DNA of 64,000 nucleotides from Eledone cirrhosa. Lineage: Eukaryota. Under the pieces are notes generated by a model that saw nothing but the letters and a program-made list of their open reading frames with translations, had not been told where the DNA came from and made no database searches. This document shows, piece after piece, positions 60,809-64,000 of the stretch. The position numbers were made by a program, and so were the translations under genes. The stretch spans positions 377,456,001 to 377,520,000 of the forward strand of contig OZ024740.1 of assembly GCA_964016885.1 (NCBI GenBank), given 5' to 3'. How positions within the stretch are numbered: position 1 is the first letter of the stretch; each line of letters begins with the position of its first letter.

Positions 60809-62886
60809 GCATTTATCTTGCTTTATGAGTTATCACCAGGTCACAACCAGTGACCTCAAGAGACAACAAGGTCCGCCATGTTCAAGAAAGAACATACATA
60901 CACACACATGCATCTTTAGGTGTTTAGACTTGTGATGTACTTATATTGACAGAATCTTCCTTAGTATATGGGCAGTTCCCATTAGTACTATCTTTTGTAT
61001 TTCTCCTATACGCGGGTTTCCTGGGATTTGCGATAAGTAGTCATTAGACCCCTTAGGTATCATTCCTAGAGCGCCTACAACCACTGGTATTGTTTTAGTT
61101 CTCAATTTCCACATTTTTCCAATTTCTATCTCCAGATCCTTATACTTACTCAATTTTTCAAATGTTTTTATAGATACATTCTTGTCTATTGGAACGGACA
61201 TATCAATTAGCAAGCATACCCTCGTTTTAAAGTCCTTCAGTATTATATCAGGTCTATTTGCATCTATTTTTCGGTCTGTTTGGATGCTATCCCTTAGATA
61301 TGTACATAATCCAATTGTTGCAGTTTTCAACGCAATGTCTAACTGGATTAACCCACGTCCTCCTTCTTTCCTAGGGAGATATATTCTATCTGTATCTGCC
61401 TTAGGGTGATGCATTCTGTGCATGGTTAAGAATTTTCGAATTTTTGTATCGAGCCTACGGATCTCTGTGCTTGACCAGTTGATGACATTGTAACTGTAGG
61501 TTACTACTGGTATAGCAAGCGTGTATATGGCTTCGATCCTATTCCTTGCCTTCAATTCCGTTCTTAAGATTGCTCTAACTCTGCGGTAACATTCCTTCCT
61601 TATCCTTTCCCTCATTGTCGAGTGCTTGATTCCGTCTCCTTCACAAACACCTAGATATTTGTAAGTTTCCTCTTGATCAAGTTCTCTTATCACATTCCCC
61701 CGATCAAGATTAATGTCTGAACTTTTCAGCAGCTTTCCTCTGGTGAACGTTGCTTTGGCGCATTTATCTAGTCCAAATTCCATTTTAATGTCATCACTAA
61801 ACTGCTCCACAGTGGATAATAGCCCTTCCAATTGTTCATCATTTTCTGCAAATAGTTTCAGGTCATCCATGTAGAACAAGTGATTAATAGTTCACCCTGA
61901 AAAATTCCACAATTAATATTAACTTCTCCAGCTTCCAGTGATTTTTTTTCACTATTCAAAAGGAGTGTCATTTTCCATGTCTTCATACTGAATGACAAGA
62001 ACCTCCTCACAACGGGAGATATTTTTAAAATCTCTAAACATTTTTCAATCCAACTGTGTGGCAAACTATCGAATGCTTTTTTATAATCTATCCAAGCAAT
62101 TGATGGATTTTTGTGTCTATTATGACAATCTTCCAGTATCATTTTGTTAACCAAAAGCTGATCCTTACAGCCATATGAGCCTCGTTTACACCCTTTCTGC
62201 TCATTGGGAAATAGGTCATTTGTTATCAGGTGGTCATATGTATATTCAGTTAGGACTGATGTTAAAATGTTATACATTATGGTCAAGCAAGTTATAGGTC
62301 TGTAATTTTTAGGATTGTTTGTCTCATCATTCTTCGGAAGCAGGAATGTAATGCCACTAACCAGCCATGATGGTATCTTTTCTGGCTCCTGAACTGTTTT
62401 ATTGTAAAGTTGGGCTAACAGCTCATGATACTCTGTGAAGGCATTTATCCAAAAATTTGGTATTTTGTCTTTTCCTGGGGATTTCCATTTGCTGGTTTTT
62501 CTAAGAGCCAAACGCAACTGTTCAACTATTATATTTTCCCATATTTGTTCCTCAAGGTGAGCTGTATCTTTCATTTGTCTGTCTCTCCATGGGGCATGTA
62601 TATTATGAACTTTTTCTTCGGCCCAGATCTTTTCCTAGAATTCTTGCACTTCCTCCTTGTGTGGTATTGATTTAGCAGTTATTGTTGACTTGCCAATTTT
62701 TCTGTAGAAGTTTCTTTGATTGTTTTTGAACATATTATTGTCCTTATAGAATCTAGATCGTTTTTCAAAGCGCCTTATACGTGCAGCTTTGGCCGACACT
62801 TTTTGCTTGATTATTTCTATCAGCATGTCTATGTCACTTGTTGATTTTATACTGTATTTTCTTTTCAATTTTCTAAGTTTAGTTTG

Positions 62887-62890
<4 letters not shown>
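60809..62890 (-). pseudogene. Dong/R4-clade LINE (RT + restriction-like endonuclease), 5'-truncated, frameshifted and internally deleted, bounded by (TAA)n
   Basis: WKSPGKD, NYRPITCL, WIDYKKAFDS, GIFQG, FYMDDLKL, YKYLG, NRPDIILKD, KYKDLEIEI, IPVVVGALG. Confidence 0.92.
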
Positions 62891-62971
<81 letters not shown>

Positions 62972-63732
62972 GTTGTTCTTTGAGTCTCAGTCATTGATGT
63001 TAGTTAACTGGAAAGTTTGTTGAAATGAATATCAAGCCACTACCTGCAGCCTCAGATATTCAGGACGTATCGGAGGGTTCTTGCTGTTCCCAGCAAGCAT
63101 GCCTTTTGAAGTGTTCCAAAAAGCGGGGCTGGACTAATCTTCTTTAACCATCCTTGGAAACTCTTTGAGATAGTACCTAGTGCGCCTATGACAATCGGGA
63201 CGACCTTGACTTCATGGCAGTTCCAAATCCTTTTTACCTCCCACTTTAAGTCCTGGTATCGGTTAAGTTTCTCCCTCACCTACTATGAAGGGATTTTTCA
63301 TGAAGGCTGCTCTTTCTCCTTGTTGTTATTTCCTCCTTGGACATCCCCTGGTCTATTGTCCTCTCCTTCAGTACAATTCTGAGCATTGGCTCCTTACTAT
63401 CAGTCACCTATTTGTGTAGGTTGTTTTTCTCCATCTGAACACAGTCCTCTATGCTGATAAGACCTCTTCCACCTTCAGATCTCCTTAAGTAGAGTCTATC
63501 GACATCACTCTTCTTGTGGAACACGTTGTAGATAGTCAATAGCTTCCTAGTCTTCCTATCCATTTCTTTTTGTTCAGCAACATTCCATCTCAGAATTCCT
63601 GCACTGTACCTAATAATAGACACAGCTCGGGAATTTACTGCACTTATGGCATTCCTACTGTTCAGATGTGACTTTAATACGCTCCTTACTCTCCGAATGT
63701 ATTCAGATCTTATCAATTCCTTCATTTTTTTC

Positions 63733-63735
<3 letters not shown>
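62972..63735 (-). pseudogene. Second Dong/R4 family 3' fragment, internally deleted, between (TAA)n tracts
   Basis: DVDRLYLRRSEGGRGL; EKLNRYQDLKWEV..W..VVPIVIGALG...LQKACLLGTA. Confidence 0.88.
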
Positions 63736-63769
<34 letters not shown>

Positions 63770-64000
63770 GGTCTAAGCGGACGTATTTTGCTCGCTCACA
63801 GTAAGTCGCTTTATTTGCCTGTTTAAATTATTTGTTGCTAAATATTTCTTGTTGTATAAGGGATATAAGCCCTTAGACTTTTTTTTACATGGTAAAAGAT
63901 TTACGAAGAAAAAAAAACGGCTGTCGTGCGACAACGACGTAGAAGTTGAGAGGAGCGCTACAGCGAAATTAACACACATTGATAACACAAACACCACCAC

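Overview
AT-rich animal DNA made almost entirely of repeats, with no host exon I can support. The SINE types and the (TA)n/(CA)n load suggest an octopod cephalopod (inference). Nearly all ORFs in the track are microsatellite translations. The one intact CDS (3098-5539, minus strand) is a Penelope-like retroelement (PLE) reverse transcriptase plus GIY-YIG protein, probably Naiad clade. It sits in a ~6.2 kb partial tandem with a hammerhead ribozyme (HHR) upstream. Other coding remnants are three PLE fragments and RTE, RTEX, Dong/R4 and Tx1-like LINE pieces. SINEs, a non-autonomous Helitron and a MITE-like foldback are also present. The main signal is non-coding. By eye I find about 25 type I HHR or half-HHR motifs from at least 11 unrelated short sequence families, mostly embedded in (TA)n tracts. 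They occur as retrozyme-like tandem arrays, as partial tandems, or as fold-back palindromes. Their junctions repeatedly map onto ribozyme landmarks: the cleavage site, the stem II loop or the palindromic stem III. At two junctions short motifs are reiterated in a way that resembles repeated template copying. All folds were paired by hand, coordinates are approximate to a few bases, and no activity has been shown.
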